Positions 19,062-30,157 of a stretch of DNA of 64,000 bases are shown piece by piece; the stretch's first letter is position 1; each line of letters begins with the position of its first letter. A program made the translations under genes and the position numbers. This DNA is from Candidatus Staskawiczbacteria bacterium (GTDB lineage Bacteria; Patescibacteriota; Minisyncoccia; Minisyncoccales; Staskawiczbacteraceae): NCBI GenBank assembly GCA_903928565.1, contig CAIYRH010000007.1, forward strand, positions 14,139 to 78,138, read 5' to 3'. Under the pieces are notes generated by a model. It saw only the letters and a program-made list of their open reading frames with translations. It did no database searches and was not told the DNA's origin.

Positions 19062-20114
19062 TTATTGGATAATGGGAATGATGTGGATTGTTGTCATTTC
19101 ATTTGTGCCAGCCGCCACAAACGGGTCTGTATTTAAGTTTGCAACGCTGTTTGTAAATGTTTCGCAATATGAACCGGTAGTTGAACCACCACCGCTACCA
19201 GATGAATAAATGGCAACTAGGTCATCTCCTACTATATCTATTGAGCCCGGGCAAGATCCAAAATCTACGCATTCCACATCTTTATATTCGTCCGGCACAT
19301 TAACGCCGGTATAATCAAACTTCATACTGCTTGGTGTTTCAGTGTGTTTGGCATCGGTAATTTTATCTGCAGTAACAGGGTAAAAACCCGCTCTTGCCCC
19401 TTTGGCTCCTCCATATGGCCTGCCATAGAAGGTTACGGCTGGAGTATCTGTGCCCGAGCCCGCATCTGGATTTATTCTAAAAACATCTATGGCGCCATTC
19501 ATGCTATTGGTTGGTTGGCAATCTGTTTTGTCTGTTACGGGTTCGCCACAACCGCCCCCTTTTTCAAGGCCCTCTACCTGATGCAAAATATAACCAAAAG
19601 TATTTGTCTCGTCATTTACAATTTTAATACCTTTAATGTCGGCGCCTATTTTGTCTGCGCTTTGGGTGGTCATTCCTGCGCCCGTGTCACAACTTTCATC
19701 TGAATAAAAATAAACTCCAGGTGCGGGGGCCGTGGGATTTAATTCAACATTATTTAAAGGATTTAAAGTTGGGTTAATAAGGTTTGGGTTAATGGTGTTT
19801 AAAATTATATATGATGCCCCTAAAAGTAATATGCCCAATATTGACCCCCTCATTCGGTCTTTTCCGCTTGATGCTAATTCGGTGTTGTCGGCAGAGGCCA
19901 TTAACGTAACGGCGCCAACCACAAAAGAAATTGCAGCAACAACAGCGGCAATTCCAATTCCCCACTGAAAATAATGTACCGCGCAAGTTGCAATGCTATT
20001 ATCACTGGCGCAGGGGCCACCTGGCACTTCTACATTATTAGCGGCATAAATAAAGTTGGCACTGCTAAAGAATGAAATTGATGAAGCAAAGAAAATTAAT
20101 ATTTTTTTATTCAT
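19062..20114 (-). CDS. Pilin-domain fusion protein, paralog of 17788-19050
   Basis: GKDRM...ILNTINP, PGVYFY..C, C-terminal YCETF. Confidence 0.65.
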   Translation of the reverse strand: MNKKILIFFASSISFFSSANFIYAANNVEVPGGPCASDNSIATCAVHYFQWGIGIAAVVAAISFVVGAVTLMASADNTELASSGKDRMRGSILGILLLGASYIILNTINPNLINPTLNPLNNVELNPTAPAPGVYFYSDESCDTGAGMTTQSADKIGADIKGIKIVNDETNTFGYILHQVEGLEKGGGCGEPVTDKTDCQPTNSMNGAIDVFRINPDAGSGTDTPAVTFYGRPYGGAKGARAGFYPVTADKITDAKHTETPSSMKFDYTGVNVPDEYKDVECVDFGSCPGSIDIVGDDLVAIYSSGSGGGSTTGSYCETFTNSVANLNTDPFVAAGTNEMTTIHIIPIIQ

Positions 20115-20130
20115 AGTTTTAAAAAACTTT

Positions 20131-23100
20131 TTAATAGTTTTTATTTTTTATGTTGTATATGGGGTTATTATTTTCTACTTGCTTGTCATTCCATTCATGG
20201 CAACACATCCAGTCATCGGTTAAATCTTTGCCAGCAGCATTTCCTAAATTTTTTCCATAACAATAGCCAGTGTAATCTTTACCGCCAAAGTTTAATTTGT
20301 CTTGATTAATTGGAGGTAATAGTTCGTCTTCAGCGCGCGAACAACTTAACAGTCGAGTATCTGCTCCGCCAACAATTGTATTGTTCACGCTACAGGTATT
20401 TGCCTGTTGTCTGGAATAAGTTAATTGTTTTAATATGTCGCTTCTGGGTTCTTTAATTATATTAACATCAAAACTCATGTAATCTGTTTTTAGTTTTTTG
20501 TATGCATTCCACAGTTGAGAATTATAATCTACAACTTGTTGGCATGGACTGCCCTTGCATGGCACTAAGTCGCAACTTCCTAATTCGGCCTGTTCGGTGC
20601 CAGTTTGCACTTGTCCTGGCGGGCAACCATTTTCAGCTAATACAAAAGGATTATGATTGTTTATGTCAAAGTGTTGGATATCAGAAATAATTTTATTGTT
20701 TGCCGATGTGCCCAGTAAGCTGGCGGTTATATTTTTAGAAGAATTATTATAAGGGAAAGTGGGAGCAGGATTATAAGTAGGAAGGTTCCAATTAAATGGA
20801 CTTGGGATGCAAGGGGCAATATAGCTTCCTTGATTTCCGCATGAGTCAAACCAATATAGGTTGCCCCAATATATACTGCCCGCTGGTACGCAGTTTTGAT
20901 AATTGTTTGGTATGCAACCAGGATCGGAGGGAGTGGTGGGTGGGGTGTCAGGAGTGTCGGGAGGCGCAGGCGCACAAATTGGCACTTGAGATTGAGATTG
21001 AGAGTATTTGCAATCGGTATTGCAAATTGGTTCGCCATTTCCATATTGTGCAGAGCACGTGCAGTAATTTTTTACGGGTTCGGTGTCTTTTGCTTTTCCA
21101 ATTTTTGTCATTTGGTCAAGAACTAATTGGGCATCTTTAGCCATAAGTTCAACATTAGCAAATACATTGTTAGCCCAGGCTAAAGCATTATCTACCGTTT
21201 GGCCAATAGGAATATCTCCGCCCTTGTCGCAAGTTTTTTCTTTGCCTACTGGTGTGGCAGGGTTGGCAGTGCCCTCTTTTTGTGGATCGGCCCACCAGTT
21301 ATCTTGGCAATAAAAAGTAAGCGGGTCGTCATTGTAAGAATAGGTATTACATTGTGGGCCCACCATTTGATAAATGGCTATATTGGGAGTTTCTGTGCCA
21401 GATTTTTCATTACCAGCATTGGTTACGCAAACATTTTTTGTTGGAGAGCAGGTTTCTCCTTCTTCAACGCAATCCGAATCGTCTGTGCAAGGTATGGCAT
21501 TTTTCCCACTGCTCATACAAATATTTTCTACGCAAACCTGATCTTGAAAACATTCATCATCTGTTTGACATCTTGCTCCTGTAATTGTACATGCATTTAA
21601 ACCATTGGCAGGGGCTGAGCCCGTTGGAACTGATGTAGCCCCGGGGGCAGCAGTTGAGGGAGAATCTGTTGAGCAAAGTTCTCCAGCAATAGATTGGCTG
21701 GTGGCGGAGGGCTGGCCGGGAGTTGAGGGTTGAGTAGAGTTTTGGTTAATAGGGCAATCGGCATTTGATGAACAATCTTTTTTGCTAATTGCAGTGCTTC
21801 TGTCTGGAACATAAAAGGTAATAGGCTTATCTATTTTATCACAGGGGCAAGCTGCGCAGTCTGAAGCAGTTGGGCATTTTGAGGTTTCGGGGCAAACTTC
21901 TTGGCAGGTAGCGTCTGGGTTTGAACTGCTTGTACATTTGCCACTAGTGGCGGGCACGCCCGAGGCGGTGCATTTTTGAACGCTTTTTTTCTGCCACAAA
22001 AATGATGCAGAATAATCTTGTGAACATGTTCCTGTTTGCCATTTGCATTTACTTGAACCATTGCAACTAGATGGGTCGCCAAAAGTTGCACAAGTTGAAG
22101 ACACGGTGCAATTTGCTGGTTGCCATGCGCATTGGTCTGTCGTATCGTTGGTGCAACTGGTTTGGTCTAGGCCCGTACAGGCGGCAGCTCCCGCACATTG
22201 TGCTTGTTTCCATTCACAGCTTCCGGTGCAAGAAGCTTGGTTTTTAGCTTTATTGCAGACTGCGCTTGAACTTTTATTTACACAAATGTCGGGGTTCCAA
22301 ACGCAACCGCCCCAAAGGCCGTTCCCTATTCCGTTGGCACTAGAACACTGAAGAGAATTGTTGTAAGAAGCGCAATTTAAACTTAATGGAGTATTTACAC
22401 AATCTTTATAGCCAGCAAATTCGTCGGAACCATTTTTACAAGAGTAGGCATTATTTATACAAAAATTTATATTTCCCTTATCTGTAGAGTCTAATTTAGC
22501 ACAATTTGCGAAATTTTTTGCACCTTGGGTATCAAATAAGCATTTGCCCAAATTATTTAAAACGCATTGGCCGTTATCGCCTGCCCATTGATAACAATTA
22601 TTGTATTCTGGCGAGCACGACGGGTAGTTGCGCGCACAAACTTCTTTTAAGGAGCTTTGGCAAGCAGTAATGCATTCACTAAAAGTTGCGGAATCGCCGG
22701 TTCCTTTTGTGCAAGGCCTTGTTTTATAAGCATTTTGAACACAACTTGCCACCTGGTCGCCACTGCCACCGCTTGTACTGCCGCTGTCGCAGTCTCCGTA
22801 TGCTTGTATGGCGCCATCGCCGGTGTCTGGGCAGTCGTCATTGCAGTGTTTTAAACAAGTAGAATTATTATAATTAAATCCTGTGCAATATTGCGAAGCG
22901 TTTACCGCTTGCCCAGTAGTAAAATCTTGGTAAGCAGAAGTTTGCCGTAAAACAACGCGGTCTTTTTGTGGGGCAACTTTGTAGGCACTTATCAAGTCTG
23001 CATATGGCATTGCTAAATAGCATTTAGCTAATTGTGCACGGGCTGCTTGTAAATTATCTGCATCTTCTTTAAAACCTTGTCCTTGTGCCCACATAGGAAG

Positions 23101-24513
23101 TATCTCGGAATAAAATTTAATTTGTTGCCACAAATTAATTCCTCTCCATTTTATTGGGTCTATGACCATTACCCCTTGTGCACCATAATCTTGTCCATTG
23201 GGGGCAACTATTTTTTTTATGTTAGAACATTGCTCGTCTGCGCTCTGCGAAGCATTAGTAGCCAGTGGTACACGGTCTTCTCCTGCTTGTTGTCCGGGTT
23301 CGGGTGTTGTGTTGGGGCACCTAAATTCGTCTAACCCATTATATCTTCTGGCACAAGTGTGAGTGGAGAGGTCGCAACCTTCCACCTTAATAATCTTAGA
23401 CCCGCCGCCGGCTACAGAAAAGGTTGCTGTAGCCTTACAGTCGCCATCTGTATTGCAAACCTGTTCGCAGGGCTTTCCGTTTACGTCCTTGTCGCTGGGG
23501 GTAGCACCACTAGTATCTTGTTTGCAATTTACGTGAACATAAATGGGGCCGTGTTCAATTTGGTCTTTAACTGACCAAGGGTCGCCATTTGATTCTTTAA
23601 GCGGTTGGCCGGTTTTTAAATCTTTTAACGGTTGGCCGCCTGAAAGGGCTACGCTTGGGCAACAATCTTTTGTGTCTGGAGGTTGTTTACACGCACCGCC
23701 AACGCAACTTCCTCCGCACGAGCCATTTTGTTGCAACTGACAACCACCATTGGCGGGGTCGCAAACGGGACTGCATTTTGAAGAGCCATCGGGGTTTGCA
23801 CAAGAACAGGTGTCCATTAGTTTTGTTATTTCAGCACCCAACAATGCAGCAACGTTGGCTTTTTTCTGCATGCCTTCAACGAATTGTCTTAAACAAGCAA
23901 CTCTATCTTGGTTAACAAAATCTTTAGAAGTGGGCTGTCTGTTTGAACCGGTTTCTTCAAACGGACTGGGCGTTGCGTAGTCTCCATATTTATCAAAATC
24001 AGTGCAAACGCTAGTTCTAGTTAATAAGTTTTCGGTTAAAATTCCTATTGGAATTTCATTATATGTGGCAACAATTACGCCCGGTGGAACAGCTGTGTCG
24101 TTGCTAGAAAAAGGATTTAAATTAAGTTGTGGCAGAAAATCAATTTTACAACTGCCAATGTTGGGGTTTATTGTATATAAAATTAAAGATGAGCAAACAA
24201 TAATTAATAACCCCAATATTCCCGCTTTTACCCAGGCCTTGCCTTCGTCTGTAAATTTTCCTTGGCCATAGGAAATTAAATAGTAAATTCCTCCAACAAC
24301 AATTGTGGTAACAGCAATTGTTATGGCTAAAATAAGGCCCGCATTAAATAAATAACAAACAAAGTCTCCAATTGTAGAATTGTTATTTAAAGATTTACCA
24401 AGAAAATCTGGGTATTTAACTTCTAAAGTTACCGCAGAAATAAAACTGGCGCGTAGCAAAAAAGCACTTAGCGCGAAAAAGTATAAAGCAAATTTTTTAC
24501 GAAATAATGCCAC
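20131..24513 (-). CDS. Giant Cys-rich surface protein with N-terminal pilin-like domain
   Basis: GKAWV...ILYTINP TM hairpin followed by about 1300 aa rich in Cys, with C-x-W repeats. Confidence 0.7.
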   Translation of the reverse strand: MALFRKKFALYFFALSAFLLRASFISAVTLEVKYPDFLGKSLNNNSTIGDFVCYLFNAGLILAITIAVTTIVVGGIYYLISYGQGKFTDEGKAWVKAGILGLLIIVCSSLILYTINPNIGSCKIDFLPQLNLNPFSSNDTAVPPGVIVATYNEIPIGILTENLLTRTSVCTDFDKYGDYATPSPFEETGSNRQPTSKDFVNQDRVACLRQFVEGMQKKANVAALLGAEITKLMDTCSCANPDGSSKCSPVCDPANGGCQLQQNGSCGGSCVGGACKQPPDTKDCCPSVALSGGQPLKDLKTGQPLKESNGDPWSVKDQIEHGPIYVHVNCKQDTSGATPSDKDVNGKPCEQVCNTDGDCKATATFSVAGGGSKIIKVEGCDLSTHTCARRYNGLDEFRCPNTTPEPGQQAGEDRVPLATNASQSADEQCSNIKKIVAPNGQDYGAQGVMVIDPIKWRGINLWQQIKFYSEILPMWAQGQGFKEDADNLQAARAQLAKCYLAMPYADLISAYKVAPQKDRVVLRQTSAYQDFTTGQAVNASQYCTGFNYNNSTCLKHCNDDCPDTGDGAIQAYGDCDSGSTSGGSGDQVASCVQNAYKTRPCTKGTGDSATFSECITACQSSLKEVCARNYPSCSPEYNNCYQWAGDNGQCVLNNLGKCLFDTQGAKNFANCAKLDSTDKGNINFCINNAYSCKNGSDEFAGYKDCVNTPLSLNCASYNNSLQCSSANGIGNGLWGGCVWNPDICVNKSSSAVCNKAKNQASCTGSCEWKQAQCAGAAACTGLDQTSCTNDTTDQCAWQPANCTVSSTCATFGDPSSCNGSSKCKWQTGTCSQDYSASFLWQKKSVQKCTASGVPATSGKCTSSSNPDATCQEVCPETSKCPTASDCAACPCDKIDKPITFYVPDRSTAISKKDCSSNADCPINQNSTQPSTPGQPSATSQSIAGELCSTDSPSTAAPGATSVPTGSAPANGLNACTITGARCQTDDECFQDQVCVENICMSSGKNAIPCTDDSDCVEEGETCSPTKNVCVTNAGNEKSGTETPNIAIYQMVGPQCNTYSYNDDPLTFYCQDNWWADPQKEGTANPATPVGKEKTCDKGGDIPIGQTVDNALAWANNVFANVELMAKDAQLVLDQMTKIGKAKDTEPVKNYCTCSAQYGNGEPICNTDCKYSQSQSQVPICAPAPPDTPDTPPTTPSDPGCIPNNYQNCVPAGSIYWGNLYWFDSCGNQGSYIAPCIPSPFNWNLPTYNPAPTFPYNNSSKNITASLLGTSANNKIISDIQHFDINNHNPFVLAENGCPPGQVQTGTEQAELGSCDLVPCKGSPCQQVVDYNSQLWNAYKKLKTDYMSFDVNIIKEPRSDILKQLTYSRQQANTCSVNNTIVGGADTRLLSCSRAEDELLPPINQDKLNFGGKDYTGYCYGKNLGNAAGKDLTDDWMCCHEWNDKQVENNNPIYNIKNKNY

Positions 24514-24537
24514 GTATTATTTTGGTTTTTAAAAACT

Positions 24538-26343
24538 TTAATTTTGAGCCGACTCTAAATTTTTCTTTGCTTCTCTGTTTTGTAAAACTTCTTGCGGGTT
24601 TGTTGTAATTATTTGAGTTTCTGTTTGGCTGGCAACTACAGAAAGGAAAACGTGTTTTTTGCCTGCAAAAAATAACCCCTCACCCACCGCAGCTCCCAGC
24701 AATAAATATTTTTCTTGTTCTGTAAGTTGAAAAGTTTTTTGCACAGAATCAATGTCGGCGGTTGATTGCTTCATTAAAAGTTGCAAAGAAGAGTTTGTAA
24801 TAATTGCTTTTCCGTAATCAGACTTCATAAAGTCTGCAACGTCTTGAGTAATTGTTGTAACACCCAGCCAATATTTTCTTCCTCTTTTAACAATTCCAAA
24901 TAAGAAAGAGGCGCCATCGGGTGACTGCATAAGCCACCAGGCCTCATCAATAACCAAAAGTCTTTTTTTCAATTTTTGGCGCACAATATTCCAAATGTAA
25001 CGCATAATAATGTACAAAGCAATTGGCCTTAAAGATTCTTCCATGTCTCTTATGCCAAAAACAACCAAGCTTTTATCCATGGAAATATTTGATTGCTGGT
25101 TAAAGAAATCGGCAAAAGTTCCTTTTGTAAATTTTCCAATACGTTTTACTAAAGAATCTGTGCCAGTCATGCTTTGTAAAATTTCTTCAAAGTCAGACAT
25201 TAAGGGAATGTTGTTTACCCAAGTTTGTGGGTCTGAATCTACGGTAATGTCTCTTACGGCATAAGTTTGCGTTAAAGCTTCATCTAAAATGCTGTCTTCT
25301 TCTGGAGTTAGCCCGCCCAACATAATGCGTAAAAGCCCAACCAAGTTTATAACGTTAGACCTTAAAATATCTGCTGGGTTGTCGTCTGGCCCAGGAATTG
25401 GTAAGTCAAACGGATTTACATGATTTGGTGAAGTTAAAGAAATTTTTAAGAATGCTCCGCCAACTGCGTCGGCTAAAAATTCATATTCATTTTCTGGGTC
25501 AACAATTATGCAGTCTATGCCTTGCATTAAATATCTTAAAATTTCCAGTTTAATGGCAAAAGATTTTCCCGAACCAGATTTTGCAAAAACCACCATGTTG
25601 GCATTTTCCAAACTAAACCTGTCAAACAAAACCAAAGAATTATTGTGACGGTTTATGCCATATAAAATTCCTTCGTTAGAACTTAGGTCAAAACAAATAA
25701 ATGGGAAACAAGTTGAAAGTGGAGCGGTGTCCATTGGCGTGTGCACGTTAATTAAGTCCATCCCATACGGATTGCAAGAAATAAAACCTTCTTTTTGTTT
25801 AAACAATGCCGGCTTTATATAAATTAACCTAGACTCAAAAATTGAACGCAAAGTTAATTCGGTGTCGCGCAGTTCTTTTTCTGATGTTTCATAAATTGTA
25901 ATATACAAACCCAGCCTAAACATTTTTTCTTGGGCAGTCATTAAATTATCTCTTAAGGATTCAATGTCTTTGTAGGCGGTTTCAAGTGCAGGGTCTCTAA
26001 TTAAGCCCTTCTCTTCCCTTTCCAATAATTCTGAAGAAACTTCTGTAACTTTTTTTCTTAACTTTTTTAAAATTAATTCACTGCTTACCGGATGAATGAA
26101 AAAAGAAATATCCATTGGAGTGTTTAAATCTATAACAGGTGAAAACCAACCGGTATTTAAATAACGGGGATAAGAAAAAACGAAAAAAGATTTGGCCAAC
26201 CTTTCGCCAAGTTTTATGTGGTCTTGTAAAACCCCAATATATGGTGGAGCAATAATGTCTTTTACATCAAAAGACTCTTCTTTAAAAATTTGCCCAGTTA
26301 GGTCTTTTTCTTTTTTCCCCAATATATTATCTAAAAGTTTCAT
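24538..26343 (-). CDS. VirB4-like T4SS ATPase
   Basis: NANMVVFAKSGSGKS Walker A, DPENEY, LVIDEAW Walker B, RGRKY. Confidence 0.9.
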   Translation of the reverse strand: MKLLDNILGKKEKDLTGQIFKEESFDVKDIIAPPYIGVLQDHIKLGERLAKSFFVFSYPRYLNTGWFSPVIDLNTPMDISFFIHPVSSELILKKLRKKVTEVSSELLEREEKGLIRDPALETAYKDIESLRDNLMTAQEKMFRLGLYITIYETSEKELRDTELTLRSIFESRLIYIKPALFKQKEGFISCNPYGMDLINVHTPMDTAPLSTCFPFICFDLSSNEGILYGINRHNNSLVLFDRFSLENANMVVFAKSGSGKSFAIKLEILRYLMQGIDCIIVDPENEYEFLADAVGGAFLKISLTSPNHVNPFDLPIPGPDDNPADILRSNVINLVGLLRIMLGGLTPEEDSILDEALTQTYAVRDITVDSDPQTWVNNIPLMSDFEEILQSMTGTDSLVKRIGKFTKGTFADFFNQQSNISMDKSLVVFGIRDMEESLRPIALYIIMRYIWNIVRQKLKKRLLVIDEAWWLMQSPDGASFLFGIVKRGRKYWLGVTTITQDVADFMKSDYGKAIITNSSLQLLMKQSTADIDSVQKTFQLTEQEKYLLLGAAVGEGLFFAGKKHVFLSVVASQTETQIITTNPQEVLQNREAKKNLESAQN

Positions 26344-26363
26344 AACTTTGAAATTACTCTAAT

Positions 26364-27026
26364 TTATTTTAGTAATTCTGGTAGTATTTCTGGATAGTAG
26401 CCAATTTCGGCTTGGTCTGGGTGGTGAATAGACCAGAAAAGTTCTATGAGTTCGGGCGTTGTAAGTGGCACAGCTTCCAGCCCGCACCTGCGCAACCCCA
26501 TGGAAACATATTCCATTCTTTGCCAAAGTTGCGTTTTGCACCTTTGGAATTCTTCTTCGCTAATTGGTTTGCTGTTTTTCCCACTTCCGGGCGCATCACC
26601 AAAGTTCAATTTTTTTTGTGTTCCTTTTAATCCAAAAATTTCCATTAAGTTGTATGGAATTACAATGTAAAAACTTTTTGTCATAACCACATCCCCCACC
26701 ACCATTTCTTTTATAAATTCTCTGTAAGAAGAAGTTTGTTTTTTTAACAAAGCGTTTGTTTGTTTTTCTTCTAAATCTTTTAAGCTATCTAAATATGGCG
26801 TTATGTTTATGTTTCTTGATTGAATAACAATTTGGCAGAAAAAATCTAAAGAGTTTAAAAAGTTTTGAAAAGCAAAAATTGTGGCAGTTTGTTCTTCCTC
26901 GGATTTTAGTGCAAAATTTATTGAAGAGGTCATTAAAATTCCTCTAATAGAATTATTTTTCAAAAGCAAAACACCCTCTCTAATATCTTGTACTTCTAAA
27001 AATGCTTGTGTTGCTGATTCGGCCAT
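26364..27026 (-). CDS. T4SS-associated protein (PrgI/VirB4 partner)
   Basis: SINFALKSEEEQ...FQNFLNSLDF; located between prgI and virB4. Confidence 0.7.
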   Translation of the reverse strand: MAESATQAFLEVQDIREGVLLLKNNSIRGILMTSSINFALKSEEEQTATIFAFQNFLNSLDFFCQIVIQSRNINITPYLDSLKDLEEKQTNALLKKQTSSYREFIKEMVVGDVVMTKSFYIVIPYNLMEIFGLKGTQKKLNFGDAPGSGKNSKPISEEEFQRCKTQLWQRMEYVSMGLRRCGLEAVPLTTPELIELFWSIHHPDQAEIGYYPEILPELLK

Positions 27027-27036
27027 AGCGTTGGGT

Positions 27037-27499
27037 AAGTTTTAATTTCTAATTTTTAATTTATATTAAAGTTATATTTAGTTAAGTTTAATTTTATTAT
27101 CAAGCGTGTTTGTTGCTTTTTGGAAGATAAGATGGAATTCATGTGCTTCTTGCCATAACTTCATTATTTTTTCTTTATGTTCGGGGTGATAATTTGATAA
27201 TAATCTTAACCAATATTTTGTTTCATTCGCCTCTTTTTTAGAAATGTAAATTTTATTTCTAAAATCTTTTTTTGAGCTGGACGCATTTGCTTCATAGTAA
27301 TTTGCTCCTATTGATGTGGCTGCTCTAGCCAACTGACCGACTAAATTTTTATTAATATCATCTATTCTAAGTTTTTTTATAAAGTCTAAAATATCTTCTG
27401 AAAACTTCGCAGTTCTCTCTTCTAGGTTATATGTTTTATTATTTATAACTTCGTTCATTTTAAAATTTAATAGAAATTAGAAATTGAAAATTAGAAATT
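27037..27499. repeat. Inverted AATTTCT heptamer arrays enclosing four helix bundle gene 1
   Basis: 27037-27070 is an imperfect reverse complement of 27466-27499. Confidence 0.8.
27078..27458 (-). CDS. Four helix bundle protein (23S rRNA IVP/Avd-like family)
   Basis: LEERT, QLARAATSIGANYYEA, KEANETKYWL. Confidence 0.9.
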   Translation of the reverse strand: MNEVINNKTYNLEERTAKFSEDILDFIKKLRIDDINKNLVGQLARAATSIGANYYEANASSSKKDFRNKIYISKKEANETKYWLRLLSNYHPEHKEKIMKLWQEAHEFHLIFQKATNTLDNKIKLN

Positions 27500-27906
27500 C
27501 ACTTCGTCTTCAGGTCTATTAACGTTTTTGTTCTTTTTAATTGGCTTGTTTGCGCTTGTAAAACAGGACCCTGATCTATTTTTTTAATTTTAGTGCGGGA
27601 AATTGGTTTAAACGGATAAGGCGATTCTTTTTTCTTCCATGTGTAATTTTTACCTCCCATTGAAAACCCAATTGAGCCCAAAATAACATTTAAAATTGGC
27701 GTGCCATTTATTGTTCCAAATGCCAAAATTGCAGAAATAATAAAAAGTATTACAGACACTATATAAAAAACCGGTTTTGGTAAAAGGTAATATAAAAAGA
27801 AAGAAAGAATCCCCGCCCCCACCAAATAAAAGAATTGCCTAAATGATATAAAGAAAGCAATTTTACTTTCGGACTCAATAAATTGTGGAATAGGATATTG
27901 CTCCAT
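27499..27906 (-). CDS. PrgI family protein
   Basis: QYPIPQFIESESKI...SFRQF, two TM helices. Confidence 0.85.
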   Translation of the reverse strand: MEQYPIPQFIESESKIAFFISFRQFFYLVGAGILSFFLYYLLPKPVFYIVSVILFIISAILAFGTINGTPILNVILGSIGFSMGGKNYTWKKKESPYPFKPISRTKIKKIDQGPVLQAQTSQLKRTKTLIDLKTK

Positions 27907-27920
27907 GATTGTTGAATTAA

Positions 27921-28375
27921 GAGTTTTGAATTTTGAATTTCGATTAAAATTTGAATTTCTAATTTTAAAAATTTATTTCATAGATGAGATGATTTTTCCG
28001 AATATAAAAGTAAGTTCTTGAGTTTCGCGCCATAAAACTTCAGCTTCATTTTTTCTGCCAGGTTCGCATTCTGTTATCATCTTTAACCAATGCATTGTTT
28101 CTTGAGCTTCTTTTTTGCAAATAAATATTTTATTTTTGAAATCTTTTCTAGAACTTGCGGCATTTGCCTCCATGTAGTTTGCCCCAATACTCGTTGCAGA
28201 TCTAACTAACTGGTTTATTAGCGGCCTACTTATGTTGTCTTCCATAATGGTCCTACAAAATTTGATAGTGTTTCCGCCAAATCTCGAAGTTCTCTCTTCT
28301 AGGTCGTATTTATTGTTCATAAAATTTCGAAATTAAGTCATTTAAAATTTATTCGAAATTCGAAAATCAGAATTC
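27921..28375. repeat. Inverted GAATTTY heptamer arrays enclosing four helix bundle gene 2
   Basis: 27921-27974 versus the reverse complement of 28321-28375. Confidence 0.75.
27973..28320 (-). CDS. Four helix bundle protein
   Basis: DLEERT, QLVRSATSIGANYMEA, KEAQETMHWL. Confidence 0.9.
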   Translation of the reverse strand: MNNKYDLEERTSRFGGNTIKFCRTIMEDNISRPLINQLVRSATSIGANYMEANAASSRKDFKNKIFICKKEAQETMHWLKMITECEPGRKNEAEVLWRETQELTFIFGKIISSMK

Positions 28376-28453
28376 AACATTATTTTATTATACCATAATA
28401 ATTATTAGTAGATACAAGCGTTATTCACATGTGCAATGCGCAGGGCCAAAGTA

Positions 28454-28482
28454 TTGACAAGGTGCCAATAATATGATATAGT
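28454..28482 (+). promoter_or_regulatory. Sigma70 promoter
   Basis: TTGACA-N17-TATAGT with extended TG. Confidence 0.65.
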
Positions 28483-28590
28483 AATGGCATCAATGAACCT
28501 TGTCAAATACAGCTTTAGAAGGTTTGGGGTGTACCCAACCGGCTGTCATTTGATTGTTTTGAATAGTAGCAACAGAAAGGAAAAACAGAG

Positions 28591-30027
28591 ATGAAAATCA
28601 TGAAATGGGTTACGCTTGGCGTCGTGTTGTTGAACTTTGTCTTCGCTCTCGCTTGGCTCTATGCCACCAAAGCCAGTTTCGTCTGGTGGGTGGTGTACGG
28701 CACAGCGATTGTCATTGCACTTGGCATCTGGTGGTTTGTAAAATCACCGGCCACGGCGCGATGCGCGATAAAGGCACTGTTCACGGGCACGCGGCGAGCG
28801 GCAACGGCAACATGTGGAGTAGGTGCTCCTCTGCTGGCCCGACTAGTGGCGAAGGCAAAGACTGTCGGCAAAATCCTTTTTTGGATTCTGTTGGTAATCA
28901 TTTTCGCCTTTGTCTTCAAAGTCCTCTACGGTGGCAATGCCAGCTTTGGACAGTGGCTGGTCTACTACCTCGCTCTGGCATGGGTGTTTGGTGGTTTAAG
29001 GACCATCGGCACCGCTGAGGTCGCACTTCAAAGCCGTTTTGGTAGCATCAAGAAAAAGATCTACCGGAGCGGTCTCACGTGGGTCCCCCCATTCCCAGGG
29101 ATAAGCCTCTACCGGATCACGACCGAGCCGATAACATTCAAGTTCGAGGGAGTAGAATCACACAGCTTGCGGTGTAAAGATCGCTTGCTGGTGTTTGCCG
29201 ACATTGTTGGGAACATACGGTTCCCCTATGATGAAATTGACTCTCTCATCTTGATGATCAAGTCGAAAGTCCCGCTCGATGAGGCAGGGCTTCAGAATAA
29301 GGTCGAGGAAGAGGTGGTTAGTGGCATGAGGGGAATTGTGGCCAAGTTCTCCCTTGAGGAAGCCTTGGCAAAGGATAACCTCGAGGAGATTAGAAAAGCA
29401 GCTCAGACGTTCTTGCTCAGAAAAACCGGCTACTTCGCAAAGGCCGGGATTTGTGGCAATAACGGTAAAAACTTCACGCCAGGTACTGGTGAGGTTATCG
29501 TGCGAATTGAACAAATTCGTACGACTCCAGGGTTGGAAGCGGCTCTGCAAAAACCCGCGATTGCCAAACTTGAGGCCGAAGCCGCGAAATCAACACAGGA
29601 ACGGGACGCAGCTCTTATAGCCGGTCCGTTCCATGTTGCGATGGCTGAGTGGGTCACCGCTCAGTTGCCCGCAGATAAGAGCAAGTCCCCCGAGCAGGTA
29701 ATGGCAGAACTCGTTGAGAGCGGTGCCTACTCCGCACATGCAACGGTCGTAAAAGACCTAATGCTAGCTAATAGCGGGCATCTCCAAGTCGCCAAAATGG
29801 AAATTGGTGGGCCGGGGGGTAAATCGCTCCCCGACAGTCTCCAGTATTTGTCATTAGGCGGTGGCGGAGGCGCAGGCCTCATGCTACCTGGCGGGCGTCG
29901 TCAACCTCGCCAAGTGGGCGGCGGAAAACCAAACCCGTCGGCAGAACGATCAGCGTTCTTCGAGAAGAATTACGGCATTAAGCCGACCCCCGAAGACATT
30001 GCTGACGATGACGATAGTGGCTACTAG
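28591..30027 (+). CDS. Membrane protein with SPFH/band 7-like domain, GC-rich
   Basis: 4 TM helices, then RTIGTAEVALQSRFG...SGLTWVPP, typical of an SPFH start; GC visibly above neighbours. Confidence 0.6.
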   Translation: MKIMKWVTLGVVLLNFVFALAWLYATKASFVWWVVYGTAIVIALGIWWFVKSPATARCAIKALFTGTRRAATATCGVGAPLLARLVAKAKTVGKILFWILLVIIFAFVFKVLYGGNASFGQWLVYYLALAWVFGGLRTIGTAEVALQSRFGSIKKKIYRSGLTWVPPFPGISLYRITTEPITFKFEGVESHSLRCKDRLLVFADIVGNIRFPYDEIDSLILMIKSKVPLDEAGLQNKVEEEVVSGMRGIVAKFSLEEALAKDNLEEIRKAAQTFLLRKTGYFAKAGICGNNGKNFTPGTGEVIVRIEQIRTTPGLEAALQKPAIAKLEAEAAKSTQERDAALIAGPFHVAMAEWVTAQLPADKSKSPEQVMAELVESGAYSAHATVVKDLMLANSGHLQVAKMEIGGPGGKSLPDSLQYLSLGGGGGAGLMLPGGRRQPRQVGGGKPNPSAERSAFFEKNYGIKPTPEDIADDDDSGY

Positions 30028-30091
30028 CTTAACGGGTGGGTCCAATCCCCACAAAACAATCATGCGGGCGTAATTCCCGCGAAACAAACAA

Positions 30092-30141
30092 GGGGCGGTT
30101 GCAATCGACGTAATGTCGAAAGCACCCGCCCCCCTTTTTTT
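30092..30141 (+). terminator. Intrinsic terminator
   Basis: ggggcggttgc...gcacccgcccc followed by T7. Confidence 0.75.
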
Positions 30142-30157
30142 ATACCTTTATTTTTTT

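Noticed and set aside
20502..24271. Many short ORFs overlapping the 1460-aa gene
   Set aside because: Alternative-frame and antisense shadows with no recognisable motifs; the same applies to similar ORFs over pnp, nusA and the GC-rich genes.
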